Shown here: in pieces, positions 29,063 to 38,743 of the stretch | Position numbering within the stretch: position 1 is the first letter of the stretch | Layout of the letters: the number at the start of each line of letters is the position of its first letter | NCBI GenBank assembly: GCA_029978085.1 | Contig: JAPOJV010000003.1 | Coordinates: 1 to 57,196, forward strand | From: a bacterium | GTDB taxonomy: Bacteria > Planctomycetota > Planctomycetia > Pirellulales > UBA1268 | Direction of reading: 5' to 3' | DNA: 57,196 nt | Made by a program: the position numbers and the translations under genes | The notes under the pieces: model-generated | What the model was told of the DNA's origin: nothing | Seen by the model: the letters and a program-made list of their open reading frames with translations, nothing else | Database searches by the model: none

Positions 29063-30028
29063 ATGGCTGCCGGCCTGCATCGACTGCCGCTCGAAAAACC
29101 GATCTACCAACTGGAGGACCAGATTGCGGCCCTGGAGGCGGCGCCTCTCGGCGGCCAGCAGCAGGAGGAGCTGCGGCGGCTCAAGCGAGAATTGGTCGAG
29201 GTGCAGAAGCAGGTGTTCAGCAACCTCGACCCGTGGCAGACGGTGGAGGTCTCGCGGCACCCCGACCGCCCGAAGACGAGCGACTACCTCGGGCTCGTGT
29301 TCGATGAGTTCGTGGAACTGCACGGCGACAAGTGCTTCGGCGACGATCCGGCCCTGCTCACGGGGTTCGCGAAGCTCGATCAATACAAGGTGCTCGTGGT
29401 GGGGCATCAGAAGGGCAAGACCCTCGCCGAACGGCAGGCATGCCACTTCGGCTGCGCCCATCCCGAGGGCTATCGCAAGGCGATGGGCAAGATGCGGATG
29501 GCGGCGAAGTATGGCCTGCCGGTGATCTGCCTGATCGACACGCCCGGCGCTTATCCGGGCGTCGGCGCGGAAGAGCGCGGCCAGGCGCAGGTGATCGCCG
29601 AGAGCATGTTCTTGATGGCCTCGCTCCCGGTGCCGATCGTGTGCGTGGTGATCGGGGAAGGGGGCTCGGGCGGAGCGCTCGGCATCGGCGTGGGCGACCG
29701 CGTGGCGATGCTCGAGCATGCCTACTACAGCGTGATCAGCCCCGAGGGCTGTGCCGGCATCCTCTGGAAGAGCGTCGAGTTCAAGGCCGACGCCGCACGG
29801 GCGCTGCGATTCCGCTCCCGCGACCTCAAGGAGTTCGGCGTGGTCGATGCGGTGATCGAGGAGCCGGCCGGCGGCGCCCATCGTCATCCGCGGCAGATGG
29901 CCACTCGGCTCAAAACGTTCCTCTCCCGCAGCCTCCGCGAGCTTGTCGGCCAGCCGCGGGACGAACTCGTGGCAGCCCGCTACGAGAAGTTCCGCCGCAT
30001 GGGCAAGTGGCTCGACCTGCCGGCCTGA
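29063..30028 (+). CDS. accA: Acetyl-CoA carboxylase carboxyltransferase alpha subunit
   Basis: RHPDRP, ELHGD, PEGYRKA, IDTPGAYPG, GEGGSGGALG, YSVISPEGCA. Confidence 0.95.
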   Translation: MAAGLHRLPLEKPIYQLEDQIAALEAAPLGGQQQEELRRLKRELVEVQKQVFSNLDPWQTVEVSRHPDRPKTSDYLGLVFDEFVELHGDKCFGDDPALLTGFAKLDQYKVLVVGHQKGKTLAERQACHFGCAHPEGYRKAMGKMRMAAKYGLPVICLIDTPGAYPGVGAEERGQAQVIAESMFLMASLPVPIVCVVIGEGGSGGALGIGVGDRVAMLEHAYYSVISPEGCAGILWKSVEFKADAARALRFRSRDLKEFGVVDAVIEEPAGGAHRHPRQMATRLKTFLSRSLRELVGQPRDELVAARYEKFRRMGKWLDLPA

Positions 30029-30029
30029 C

Positions 30030-30959
30030 ATGGCTGACGAGCGGGAACGGCTGCGATTCTGGCGCGACGCCGAGCAGGCGGCGGCCACGCCGAGCAACCA
30101 AGCCTCGTACGACGTCGCTTCCGGCGTCGCGCACCTTCAGTCGCTGGCGCCCGCAGCAGGCCCGTCGGACGACGACGATCCGATCTTCCTGCTCGCCGCC
30201 GGCTGGCGATCGGGCTCGACACTGCTCCAGCGGTGCATCATGTCGGACACGCGTGTTCTGATGTGGGGCGAGCCCTATCAGGAGAGCGGCCTGGTGCAGC
30301 ATCTGGCCGAGAGCACGCGGGCCTTTCGAGCCGAGTGGCCGAAGCCGAAGTGGTTTTTCCGGGGCACACCGCCCGACGTTCTCGCGACCTCCTGGGTGGC
30401 CAACCTCTTTCCGCCGCCCGATGACCTGCGGCTGGCGCACCGCGCGCTCCTCGACACCCTCTTCGCCGCGCCGGCCCGACGTGCCGGTGCTTCAAGGTGG
30501 GGCATCAAGGAGGTGCGGTGGACGAGCGGCCACGCCCGCTATCTGCGCTGGCTCTACCCTCGGTGCCGGCTCGTGTTTCTCTACCGCGATCCGTTCATGG
30601 CCTATCGCTCGTATCTCAAGCGGGGCGGCGGCTGGTACGACACGTTTCCCGGCCGGCCCGTGTTCACGCCGACGGCATTTGGTCGACACTGGCGGACGCT
30701 CACCGAGGGCTTCGTCCGCGACGCAGCCGAACTCGATGCGGTCGTGCTGCGGTTCGAAGACGTCGTCGCCAGCCGGGAGTGGATTCCGGCCCTGGAGCGG
30801 CACCTCGACATTCGCATCGACCCCGCCACCCTCGATGCCAAACTCGACGGCGCCGCTGACGGCACGCCCGACGTGACGCTCGGCCGCGTTGAACGCTGGC
30901 TCCTCCGCCGGGCCGTCTCGCCGCTCGGAGAAAGCCTCGGCCTGCGCGGCACCGGCTGA
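30030..30959 (+). CDS. Sulfotransferase family protein
   Basis: 5'-PSB loop WRSGSTLLQR; WGIKE; 3'-PB YRDP..AYRSY. Confidence 0.85.
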   Translation: MADERERLRFWRDAEQAAATPSNQASYDVASGVAHLQSLAPAAGPSDDDDPIFLLAAGWRSGSTLLQRCIMSDTRVLMWGEPYQESGLVQHLAESTRAFRAEWPKPKWFFRGTPPDVLATSWVANLFPPPDDLRLAHRALLDTLFAAPARRAGASRWGIKEVRWTSGHARYLRWLYPRCRLVFLYRDPFMAYRSYLKRGGGWYDTFPGRPVFTPTAFGRHWRTLTEGFVRDAAELDAVVLRFEDVVASREWIPALERHLDIRIDPATLDAKLDGAADGTPDVTLGRVERWLLRRAVSPLGESLGLRGTG

Positions 30960-30960
30960 T

Positions 30961-31578
30961 TCAGCCGCCGATCGCCGCGCGAAACTCCTTGATGAGGGCG
31001 GTCTCACCGCGGTCGAACCGGCGGGCCACGAAGGCATCGATGACCGCCGTCGTCAGCCCGGGCAACCCCACGCTCGAATTGATCGGCTCGTACCCGCCGC
31101 CAATCAGCGCGAGCATCGTGAGGCGGGTGCCGTCATGCCGCCAGACCTCGGGAACACCCATCGCGGCAAACAGCTTCAGCTTGGCGATCGACGATGACGT
31201 GATCTCCACTTCGATCACCAGATCGGGCGGCGGATCTAGCACGAGATCGACTTCGTCCTTGGGCCGAATCTCGTCGGCGTGGGCGATGGAATACGACTCG
31301 TCCTGCTCGAAGGCCCGGTCGAGATCCACCCGTTTGAACGTCGCCGAGGCGCAACTGAGAATCTCGATGCCGCGGACTTCGGAGTACGTCTCGACCATCC
31401 GGCCGATGAGGCAGCCGAGCTGTTCATGCTGGCGACGGGGCGTCATGAGCTCGAGCACTCCGCGGTCGTAGGTCATCCGGGGCACGCTTCCGCTGCGGCC
31501 CTCGGCCAGTTCCAGAAACGTCTCCCACCGGACGTTGTCGAGCACGGCGCGGGTTTCGGCAGACGCGAGCAGCGGCAT
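30961..31578 (-). CDS. Uma2 family (DUF820) putative endonuclease
   Basis: AGGAGG RBS; V.WE.F, RMTYD.G.LELM.P...HE, PPDLVIEV, GVPEVW. Confidence 0.88.
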   Translation of the reverse strand: MPLLASAETRAVLDNVRWETFLELAEGRSGSVPRMTYDRGVLELMTPRRQHEQLGCLIGRMVETYSEVRGIEILSCASATFKRVDLDRAFEQDESYSIAHADEIRPKDEVDLVLDPPPDLVIEVEITSSSIAKLKLFAAMGVPEVWRHDGTRLTMLALIGGGYEPINSSVGLPGLTTAVIDAFVARRFDRGETALIKEFRAAIGG

Positions 31579-31672
31579 CGAAAACCTCCTCACAAAAAAA
31601 CGACCGCATTCACCGCAGGATACTGAACAGAATATTAGTACGCGCATCAACGCCAAGATCGACACTGCCGGA

Positions 31673-31758
31673 GTGGCCCTGTCACGCCCCGTGGCCCTTT
31701 CACGCCGTGACAGGTTTTTTCCGGTCACGGCGTGACCGGGCTACCGTGACCGAGATAC
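31673..31758. repeat. REP cluster 4
   Basis: Truncated plus full GTGGCCCT(G/T)TCACGCC unit, T-linker, CCGGTCACGGCGTGACCGGGCTAC, then a degenerate duplicated half-arm. Confidence 0.8.
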
Positions 31759-31818
31759 CCGCAGGATCCAAAACATCCCAGTAGATGCCCCCAGGCAGAT
31801 GGGCACGCTGGCGGGCCC

Positions 31819-34033
31819 ATGCACACCCCGCAGCCCTCCAGCACCCCAGCCGACACGCCGCCAACCCCAGGGCAGGGCGGGGGAGGCAGCGCGGCGGCGG
31901 TCGATGCCTTCATCGCCCGCTGGGGCTCGAGTGCCGGAGCGGAGCGGGCCAACTACCAGATCTTCCTGGCGGAGCTCTGCGACCTGCGCGGCGTGCCGCG
32001 GCCCGACCCGAGCGTGGCCGACGAGGCGGCCAATCGCTACGTGTTCGACAAGGCGGTCACGTTCCCGCTCCTCGACGGCAAGACGACCACCAAATACATC
32101 GACCTCTACCGCAAGGGGGCGTTCGTCTGCGAGACGAAGCAGTCGGTCGAGCGGCCGGAGAAGGATCCGCTCTCGGTCGCCGATCCCACCGCCCCGAAGG
32201 CCCGCCGCAAGAGCGGCACGAGCGTCCGCGGCCTCGCCGACGACAATCCACCATTTCTGCTCGTCATCGACATCGGCCATTCGTTTGAGCTCTACGCCGA
32301 CTTCTCGCGGCTGGGCAAGGTCTACACGGCGTTTCCGGATGCCCGCAGCCATCGTTTCGCGCTCGCCGATTTGTATGACGAAGCCATCCGCGACCGGCTC
32401 CGCACGCTTTGGCTCGCCCCGCTCGCCCTCGATCCCGCCAGACGAGCGGCGCAGGTCACCCGGGAGATTGCCGCCCGAATCGCCGTACTCGCACGGCGGC
32501 TGAAGGCGAAACAGCACGACCCCGAAAGCGTGGCCTGGTTTCTGATCCGTTGTTTGTTCGCCTTCTTCGCCGAAGACTCGGGGCTCCTGCCCAAGGGAGC
32601 CTTCACCGATCTCCTCGTGAGCATGAAGGATTCACCGGACCAATTTGTGCCGCTCGTCTCCGAGGTCTGGAAGACGATGGGGCAGGGGGGCTTTTCGGCC
32701 GCGCTCCGCACGCGGATCAGAAAGTTCAACGGCGGCATCTTTCGTGAGCATGAGCCGCTCAAGCTCGACGCCGAGGAGATCAGCCTGCTTATCGACGCAG
32801 GCAAGTCCGACTGGAAGGACGTGGAGCCGGCCATCTTCGGCACGCTCCTGGAGCGGGCCCTCGACCCGCGGGAGCGGACGGTCGATCCGCAGCAGTTCCT
32901 GGGGATCGAGATCAACCTGCGGGCCGTGGCGATCGCGGAGGTGGTGCTCTGGATCGGCTGGCTGCAGTGGCATCTGCGCGATCGCAAGTCGCCCGAGAGC
33001 TTTTCGGAGCCGATCCTGCAGGCTTACGGCAACATCGAATGCCGCGACGCACTCTTGGAGTACGACAAGAAAGAACTCGTCCGCGACGAGTCAGGCAAGC
33101 CGGTCACGCGATGGGACGGCGTGACCACCAAAAAGCATCCGGTCACGGGTGAGGACGTGCCCGACGACACCGCCCGCGTGGCGGTCGAACGGTACGTGAA
33201 CCCGCGCAAGGCTGAATGGCCGCAGGCGGATTTCGTAGTGGGCAATCCGCTGTTCCTGGGAAAGCTACGGATTCAATCGGCACTCGGCGAAGGCTATGCC
33301 GAGGCATTATCGCAAACGCTCTCGGCGCTGCCACGCCATGCAGGCTTGCGTTTGCTGTTCCCGATCACCCTTGGGTCGCAACCGAGGACGGTGCGGCGGT
33401 TCGGATCGCTATGACTGTCGGGGCACGGGAGGTCCATCACGGGTCGCTCATTCTCGTGATCCGCGAGGAAATCCGCGAGGACGTCGTTCATGCCTCGCTG
33501 TCCTCTCGTTTCGGTGTCATCAATGCGGATCTGTCCGTTGGAGTGGACGTGACGTCTGTCGTGCCATTGATGAGCAATCGACTTCTGGCGTCGATGGACC
33601 CGCTTTGGGCAGCCACGGGCCGGATTCACGTCACTTGGGCGCTCGCAACGGGCGGCACGCTCGAGGATCGCCCTCGCTACAACAAGACCTCCTGCTTCGA
33701 CCCGTTCCCGTTTCCTGCGGCTACCGAAGCGCAGACGATGCCGACACCGCAGCGGCCGAAAAGAAACCGCGCCGCGGCAGGGGGGCTGCGAAGAAGTCAG
33801 CGGGCAGGGCGGCACAGCCGGCGAAGGCGGCCAAGCAGGCCTGGCCCAAGGACCTCGCCGAGCAGACGCGGGCCGTTCGCACCGCGCTCGCAGCCGCGGG
33901 CGGCATCGTGACGACCGCCGACGTGGCCCGGCAGTTCAAGAACGCCAAGGCTCCACGGGTCGAAGAAATCCTCGCCACCCTCGTGGCCCTCGGCCACGCC
34001 CGCCGCACCGACTCCGGCTACGCGTCGGCGTGA
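31819..34033 (+). pseudogene. Decayed MmeI-like (Type IIL/IIG) restriction-modification gene
   Basis: FIARW..S...ERANYQIFL.ELC, IDLY.KG.FV.E.K, FNGGIF and VEPAIFGTLLERAL are present. The SAM-binding motif I region is missing, NPPF reads NPLF, and the remainder lies in two other frames (PDHPW, RPRYNKT.CFDPFPFP; VEEILATLVALG). Confidence 0.85.
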
Positions 34034-34383
34034 GGCGTCCTGCGGATGCGGACGGATTCAGGGGCGATGACCGTGAACGCAGTAGCCAGTTCCGACGCGT
34101 GCGACGCAAGGACGGCGAGAACGACATCGGCTCGAACGTCGATAGACAGTCCAGCCTGTCGTAACAACACCACTCCGCAGTGCGCCATCCGACGGCGATA
34201 CACAAGTTCGCCGAAGTCCTTGTCGGCTGTCAGAAGCAAGACGCCCGCGGCATCGGACTTGGTGAGCACGAGGTCGTCAGGCGTGCCCGGGGCAGATTCA
34301 GCTATCGCGAGGATATCGTGTCCGGCGATCCGCAAGCGATCGACGATGCGACCGTCAACGCTTTCATCGACGACGATCCTCAT
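34018..34383 (-). CDS. DUF5615 PIN-like (VapC45-type) toxin
   Basis: MRIVVDESV..., PD, LLTADKDFGELVY; coupled to DUF433. Confidence 0.85.
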   Translation of the reverse strand: MRIVVDESVDGRIVDRLRIAGHDILAIAESAPGTPDDLVLTKSDAAGVLLLTADKDFGELVYRRRMAHCGVVLLRQAGLSIDVRADVVLAVLASHASELATAFTVIAPESVRIRRTPHADA

Positions 34384-34616
34384 GCAGACTGCCGTGGCGC
34401 TGGATAGACGGTGTCGGCCCGTAAGGCACCAGCGGCAAACTTGAGGGCGGCCGAAATGGCATCCGGTGTCAGCGCTGGATGGCCTGCGATCAGTTCATGC
34501 ACCGATGTTCCGGCAGCGAGCTCTTCCAGGATGAGTTCAACGGTGATACGGGTGCCGGCGACCACGGGCTTTCCCATCATCACGTTTGGATCGGACACGA
34601 TTGTCGGTGCGGGCAT
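34380..34616 (-). CDS. DUF433 antitoxin
   Basis: DPNVMMGKPVVAGTRITVELILEELAAG...HP.LT...I.AAL. Confidence 0.9.
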   Translation of the reverse strand: MPAPTIVSDPNVMMGKPVVAGTRITVELILEELAAGTSVHELIAGHPALTPDAISAALKFAAGALRADTVYPAPRQSA

Positions 34617-34731
34617 GAAAAACTCCTTATCCTCCGATTATCACGCGACGCAGTTCCCGGTGCCAACTGTGGGCGAATCGCCCCTCCTGGTTGCCGTGGC
34701 CTGCCGCGATGCCTCTGGGTAGCATGAGAGC

Positions 34732-35073
34732 ATGGCCACAGCGACCACGCCCATCTGGGCACCGACACCCGAGAAAATGCAGGCCGCCGTCGAGCGGCTC
34801 GTGGCTGTCGCGCGGCCGACGAAGATCATCCTTTTCGGGTCACAGGCCCGCGGCGATGCCGATGACCGCAGCGACGTCGATCTCCTCGTGATCAAACCGC
34901 ACGTGACGGACCGTTTTGAGGAGATGGTTCGCCTCCACCGCTCCTTGAGGGGCCTGCTGCTGCCGGTCGATCTGCTCGTGGTGAGCGAGCAGGAGTTTGA
35001 GGACCGAGTCAACCAGCCCGGGTCGGTTGAGCGGGCGGCGGGACGGGAAGGTCGCGTGCTTTATGGCAGCTGA
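34732..35073 (+). CDS. Minimal nucleotidyltransferase (MNT) antitoxin
   Basis: LFGSQARGDADDRSDVDLLV (GS-x10-DxD). Confidence 0.88.
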   Translation: MATATTPIWAPTPEKMQAAVERLVAVARPTKIILFGSQARGDADDRSDVDLLVIKPHVTDRFEEMVRLHRSLRGLLLPVDLLVVSEQEFEDRVNQPGSVERAAGREGRVLYGS

Positions 35074-35443
35074 CGACCCGGAAGTGTTGATACGTAAGGC
35101 GAAGCAGGATGAACTCGTGTTGGAGCGGCTTCTGGGCGACCAGGATGTCGATGACGACACGCTTGGATTTCACGCCCAGCAGGCTGCCGAAAAATTACTG
35201 AAAGCGGCGATGGCAATCCGGGGCTTGGATTACCCCCGCACGCACGACTTGGGCGCATTAATCGACATGCTTGCCAAAGGCGGCATGACACTGCCGGAGG
35301 ACTTGGTCGATATCGACCTGCTCACGCCGTTCGGGACGATTTTTCGTTACGACGAGGTTGTGGAACGGGCGGGTCGAGATCGCCAACAATGGCTCGGCTG
35401 GATCCGATCGCTGCGTTCCCTCGTCACGGCAATGAAACGCTGA
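35063..35443 (+). CDS. HEPN-domain protein
   Basis: FHAQQAAEKLLKA, PRTHDL, RY; overlaps the MNT gene end. Confidence 0.88.
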   Translation: MAADDPEVLIRKAKQDELVLERLLGDQDVDDDTLGFHAQQAAEKLLKAAMAIRGLDYPRTHDLGALIDMLAKGGMTLPEDLVDIDLLTPFGTIFRYDEVVERAGRDRQQWLGWIRSLRSLVTAMKR

Positions 35444-35468
35444 CGATCCCTGCGCGTTCGGACAACGG

Positions 35469-35677
35469 TTGCGAACCACTACGCCGTGAGGGGGTGCCCG
35501 TGCCCCAGGAGCCGGCGTATGCCGCCGAGCGCAGGCAGGATGCCGGAGCGAAGGCGGCATCCGAGCGAGCGAAGGACAGGATGTCCGAAGCGAGCGTCCG
35601 GCGACGGGGCATGGGCAGCCCCGAACCCACGCCACAGGAGGTCGACCCACCGAGGAATAGACGGGCCTGTCCCCTAC
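35469..35677 (+). repeat. ~180-bp multibranched palindromic element, copy 1
   Basis: Core 35469-35648 is ~90% identical by manual alignment to the reverse complement of 48066-48246; nested stems; distal CCCCTAC end. Confidence 0.85.
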
Positions 35678-35774
35678 GTCCGATAATGTCTCTTATGTCC
35701 GTTTCGGGCTCCCCTGCTTTCGCCGCTGTTTTTCAGGGCCATACGCGACTCGGCGTGCCCTGCTCCTCGACGCG

Positions 35775-36668
35775 TCAGCGAATCGGAAGCGGGCTCTGGG
35801 CACCGACGGGAAACGGCTGCGGCGGGGCCTGCGGCGCGACGGACTGATACCGCGGACCGGTCGGTGCGAAGCCCGGTGCCGCGGCGGGCGCGGCGCCCTG
35901 AGCGGGCGCGGTGAATCCGCTTGCCGCAGGTCGTGGCGGCGGCGCGAAACCGGGTGTCGGCTGCGCTGGTGCCGGCGCGTTCCAGCCGGCCGGCATCGGC
36001 GCACCGCCGAATGCCGTTCCGCCGCCCGCCTGCTGCCCCCCCTGCCCGGCCGGCCCGCCTCCTGTCCAGGCGGCCGCCGATGTCACCCCTTCCCAGATGG
36101 CGGCGAGCGCCGACGGCTGGCCGGCAACCGGCGACTGCGTGGCATCACCACCGTTCCGGAGCGTGTCCTCGAACTGCTTCACGAACGGATTGACGGCCTC
36201 AGCGACCTCGCGAGGGAGGATCTCGTCGGCCCGGCTCATCACCTCGGCCACGATGCGTCCGCTGTGGCTGCCCACGATCTGCGGCCGGTAGGCGGGAGCC
36301 ATGGTGACGGCGAAAAACGTGATCACGATGCACAGCAGCGCCCCCTTGGCGATGCCCAGGAGCAGGCCGAGCTGGTGATCGAAGGCCGACAGGTGAACCG
36401 CATCGATGGCCCCGGACACCACACGAAAGAGGAGCCAGACGACGAGCGACGTGCCCACATACAGGGCGAGCATCGCGATCAGCCGGTTCCACGGGGCGGG
36501 CTGCCCGATGAAGGGTGCGAGCTGTCCCGCGAATCGCATGGCGACAAACGTGCTGGCCGCGATGCCCGCGATCCAGGCGATCTGCCAGACGATTCCTTTG
36601 AAATAGCCGAGCACGGCCGCGGCAGCCAGGATGCCCAGCATCATCAAGTCATAGCCTTCGACCGCCAT
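35775..36668 (-). CDS. CvpA (colicin V production) family membrane protein
   Basis: D......LGYFKG...Q, LSAFDHQLGLLLGIAKG; Pro/Ala-rich tail. Confidence 0.85.
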   Translation of the reverse strand: MAVEGYDLMMLGILAAAAVLGYFKGIVWQIAWIAGIAASTFVAMRFAGQLAPFIGQPAPWNRLIAMLALYVGTSLVVWLLFRVVSGAIDAVHLSAFDHQLGLLLGIAKGALLCIVITFFAVTMAPAYRPQIVGSHSGRIVAEVMSRADEILPREVAEAVNPFVKQFEDTLRNGGDATQSPVAGQPSALAAIWEGVTSAAAWTGGGPAGQGGQQAGGGTAFGGAPMPAGWNAPAPAQPTPGFAPPPRPAASGFTAPAQGAAPAAAPGFAPTGPRYQSVAPQAPPQPFPVGAQSPLPIR

Positions 36669-37051
36669 CGCATATGGTCCGAGGGTGATGAAAAGCGCCG
36701 TGTCGGGGCGGAAGTCTAGAAGGGTGCGCCCGAAATCCGAAGCCCAAAAGACGGAACAGACGTCCAATCTTACGCAGAAGCACGCGGCCGCAACGCCGAC
36801 GCAGCCGACACAAGCCACCTCGCCTTCCGCAAGCCCCCAAACACCCCAGGCGTCGCGTATTCCCATCAATTTGGCGGCGGTGGGGAAGTGCAGGGGATAG
36901 CGGACGGTCCGCTGACGGCCGCCCGCAGGTTTGTCGATAGATACCGCGAGGAACCGCGCACGGGGGCCGAAGGCTCCCGGTGCGTCGTGCCTCCGGCGTG
37001 GCTGCAATCTTGCATAGCCACCTGAAGCGGTGTTCAAGGGGGATCGTCGCA

Positions 37052-37777
37052 GTGCCCGGGTTCCGCGAGCACATCACGGGGTCGTCGATCGTGGGCGTGG
37101 CCTACGGTGCAGCGGCCTGGTATGTGGGCGACATGCACCCGCTGACATGCGCCCTCGGCGGCGGCCTGTGCGCCGTGTCGGGCATGCTGCCCGACCTCGA
37201 TAGCGGCCCGGGCATCCCGCTCAAGGAGAGCGTCGCCTTCGCCGCGGCGGTGGTGCCAATGCTGATGATCCACCGTTTCCAACAGCTCGGCTTGCCGCTC
37301 GAGGCGATCATCCTCGCCGGCGCCAGCATCTATCTCGCTATCCGCTTCGGTCTCTCCTGGCTGCTCAAAAACTATTCGCACCACCGCGGGATGTTTCACA
37401 GCCTGCCGGCAGCCGCGATCGCAGGCCAGACCACGTTCCTCGCCTTCGCGGCAGAAGAGCCGCTGCGCCGCTACTTCGTCTCCAGCGCCGTCGTGCTCGG
37501 CTTCCTCACGCACCTCGTGCTCGACGAGATCTGGAGCGTGAAGATGGGATGGTTCGGCCCGAAGGTGAAGAAGTCGTTCGGCACGGCCATGAAGTTCAAC
37601 GGCCCCGACCTGTGGCCGAACCTGCTCACCTACGCGCTCGCACTCATCCTCGGCCTGCTCGCGGCGGGCGACGCCGCCTGGACCGAAAAAATGGCCAATG
37701 TCCGGCAGCAGATGGAGCAAGCCACCCGCACCTACTCCTATCCCCAGACGCCGCAACAGTGGCAAATCCGCCGCTAG
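37052..37777 (+). CDS. Membrane-bound metal-dependent hydrolase (YdjM-like)
   Basis: FREH, MLPDLD, HRGMFHS, THLVLDE. Confidence 0.85.
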   Translation: MPGFREHITGSSIVGVAYGAAAWYVGDMHPLTCALGGGLCAVSGMLPDLDSGPGIPLKESVAFAAAVVPMLMIHRFQQLGLPLEAIILAGASIYLAIRFGLSWLLKNYSHHRGMFHSLPAAAIAGQTTFLAFAAEEPLRRYFVSSAVVLGFLTHLVLDEIWSVKMGWFGPKVKKSFGTAMKFNGPDLWPNLLTYALALILGLLAAGDAAWTEKMANVRQQMEQATRTYSYPQTPQQWQIRR

Positions 37778-37822
37778 AAGCGCCAGCCGGTAGGATGGGG
37801 CGCTTCCCGACAACGGTGACCG

Positions 37823-38743
37823 ATGGATCTGCTGTTTGCCGCCTCGCTGCCTGACGCCTCGGCGCTGACCGGGCTCGTGCTCTATCTCACCCTGATCGCG
37901 GCCGCGGCCTTCGCAGGCGGCTCGTCGGTCGCGTTCCTTTCGCTCGGCCACCGGCCGATGCAGGTGCTCTTGTCGCTCACCGGCGGCGTGCTCCTGGGCG
38001 TGGGCATGCTCCATCTCTTTCCCCACGCCTGCCTCGCCCTGCGGGGTGATGTCGAGACGACCGCCGGATGGGCGCTCGGTGGATTCTTTCTCATGTTTCT
38101 GCTGGAGCGAGCCTTTCACGGCCACGCCCACCACACGGCCGATGGCGGGCACGACTGCGGGCATGACCATGATCACGACCACGGCCACCATGACACGCAC
38201 GCCCACGCGGCGCCGACCTCTCCGTGGGCCTGGTGCGGCGCCTTTGCGGGCCTCGCACTCCACAGCCTCGCTGACGGCGCGGCACTCGCGGCGTCGGTCA
38301 ATGCCGACGCGGCGCACGGCGGCGGCCTGCTCTCCGGCCTGGCGACGTTTCTCGCGATCCTGCTCCACAAGCCGTTCGACGCCGCGATCATCGCCACACT
38401 GATGGCCTCGGCGGACACCGCCCCACGGCTGCGCACGATCGTCAACGTGGCCTACGCCCTGGTCGTGCCCCTCGGTGCGGCCTGCTTTCTCGCCAGCCTC
38501 CAGCTCTTTGGCGGGCACCAGACCGAGGTGCTCGGCATCGCGATGGCGATGGCCGCCGGCGCCTTCCTCTGCATCGCCGCGGCCGACCTCCTGCCCGAAG
38601 TGCAGTTCCACAGCCACGATCGCGTGCTGCTGACGGCGTCACTCGCTCTCGGGCTGGCACTCGCCTGGGGCATCAGCCTCGTCGAGCGGTCGTCGCATTC
38701 CCACGCCGCCCACGCGGCGGCAATCGCCCCCGACGCTCACTGA
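37823..38743 (+). CDS. ZIP family metal transporter
   Basis: HLFPH, His-rich loop, LHSLADG, LLHKPFD, DLLPE. Confidence 0.9.
   Translation: MDLLFAASLPDASALTGLVLYLTLIAAAAFAGGSSVAFLSLGHRPMQVLLSLTGGVLLGVGMLHLFPHACLALRGDVETTAGWALGGFFLMFLLERAFHGHAHHTADGGHDCGHDHDHDHGHHDTHAHAAPTSPWAWCGAFAGLALHSLADGAALAASVNADAAHGGGLLSGLATFLAILLHKPFDAAIIATLMASADTAPRLRTIVNVAYALVVPLGAACFLASLQLFGGHQTEVLGIAMAMAAGAFLCIAAADLLPEVQFHSHDRVLLTASLALGLALAWGISLVERSSHSHAAHAAAIAPDAH

Noticed and set aside
35258-35847. Small ORFs over the 180-bp element (and similar peptides at 47770-48542)
   Set aside because: Their similarity comes from the DNA repeat; substitutions track base pairing rather than codons, and a 1-bp indel separates the copies.
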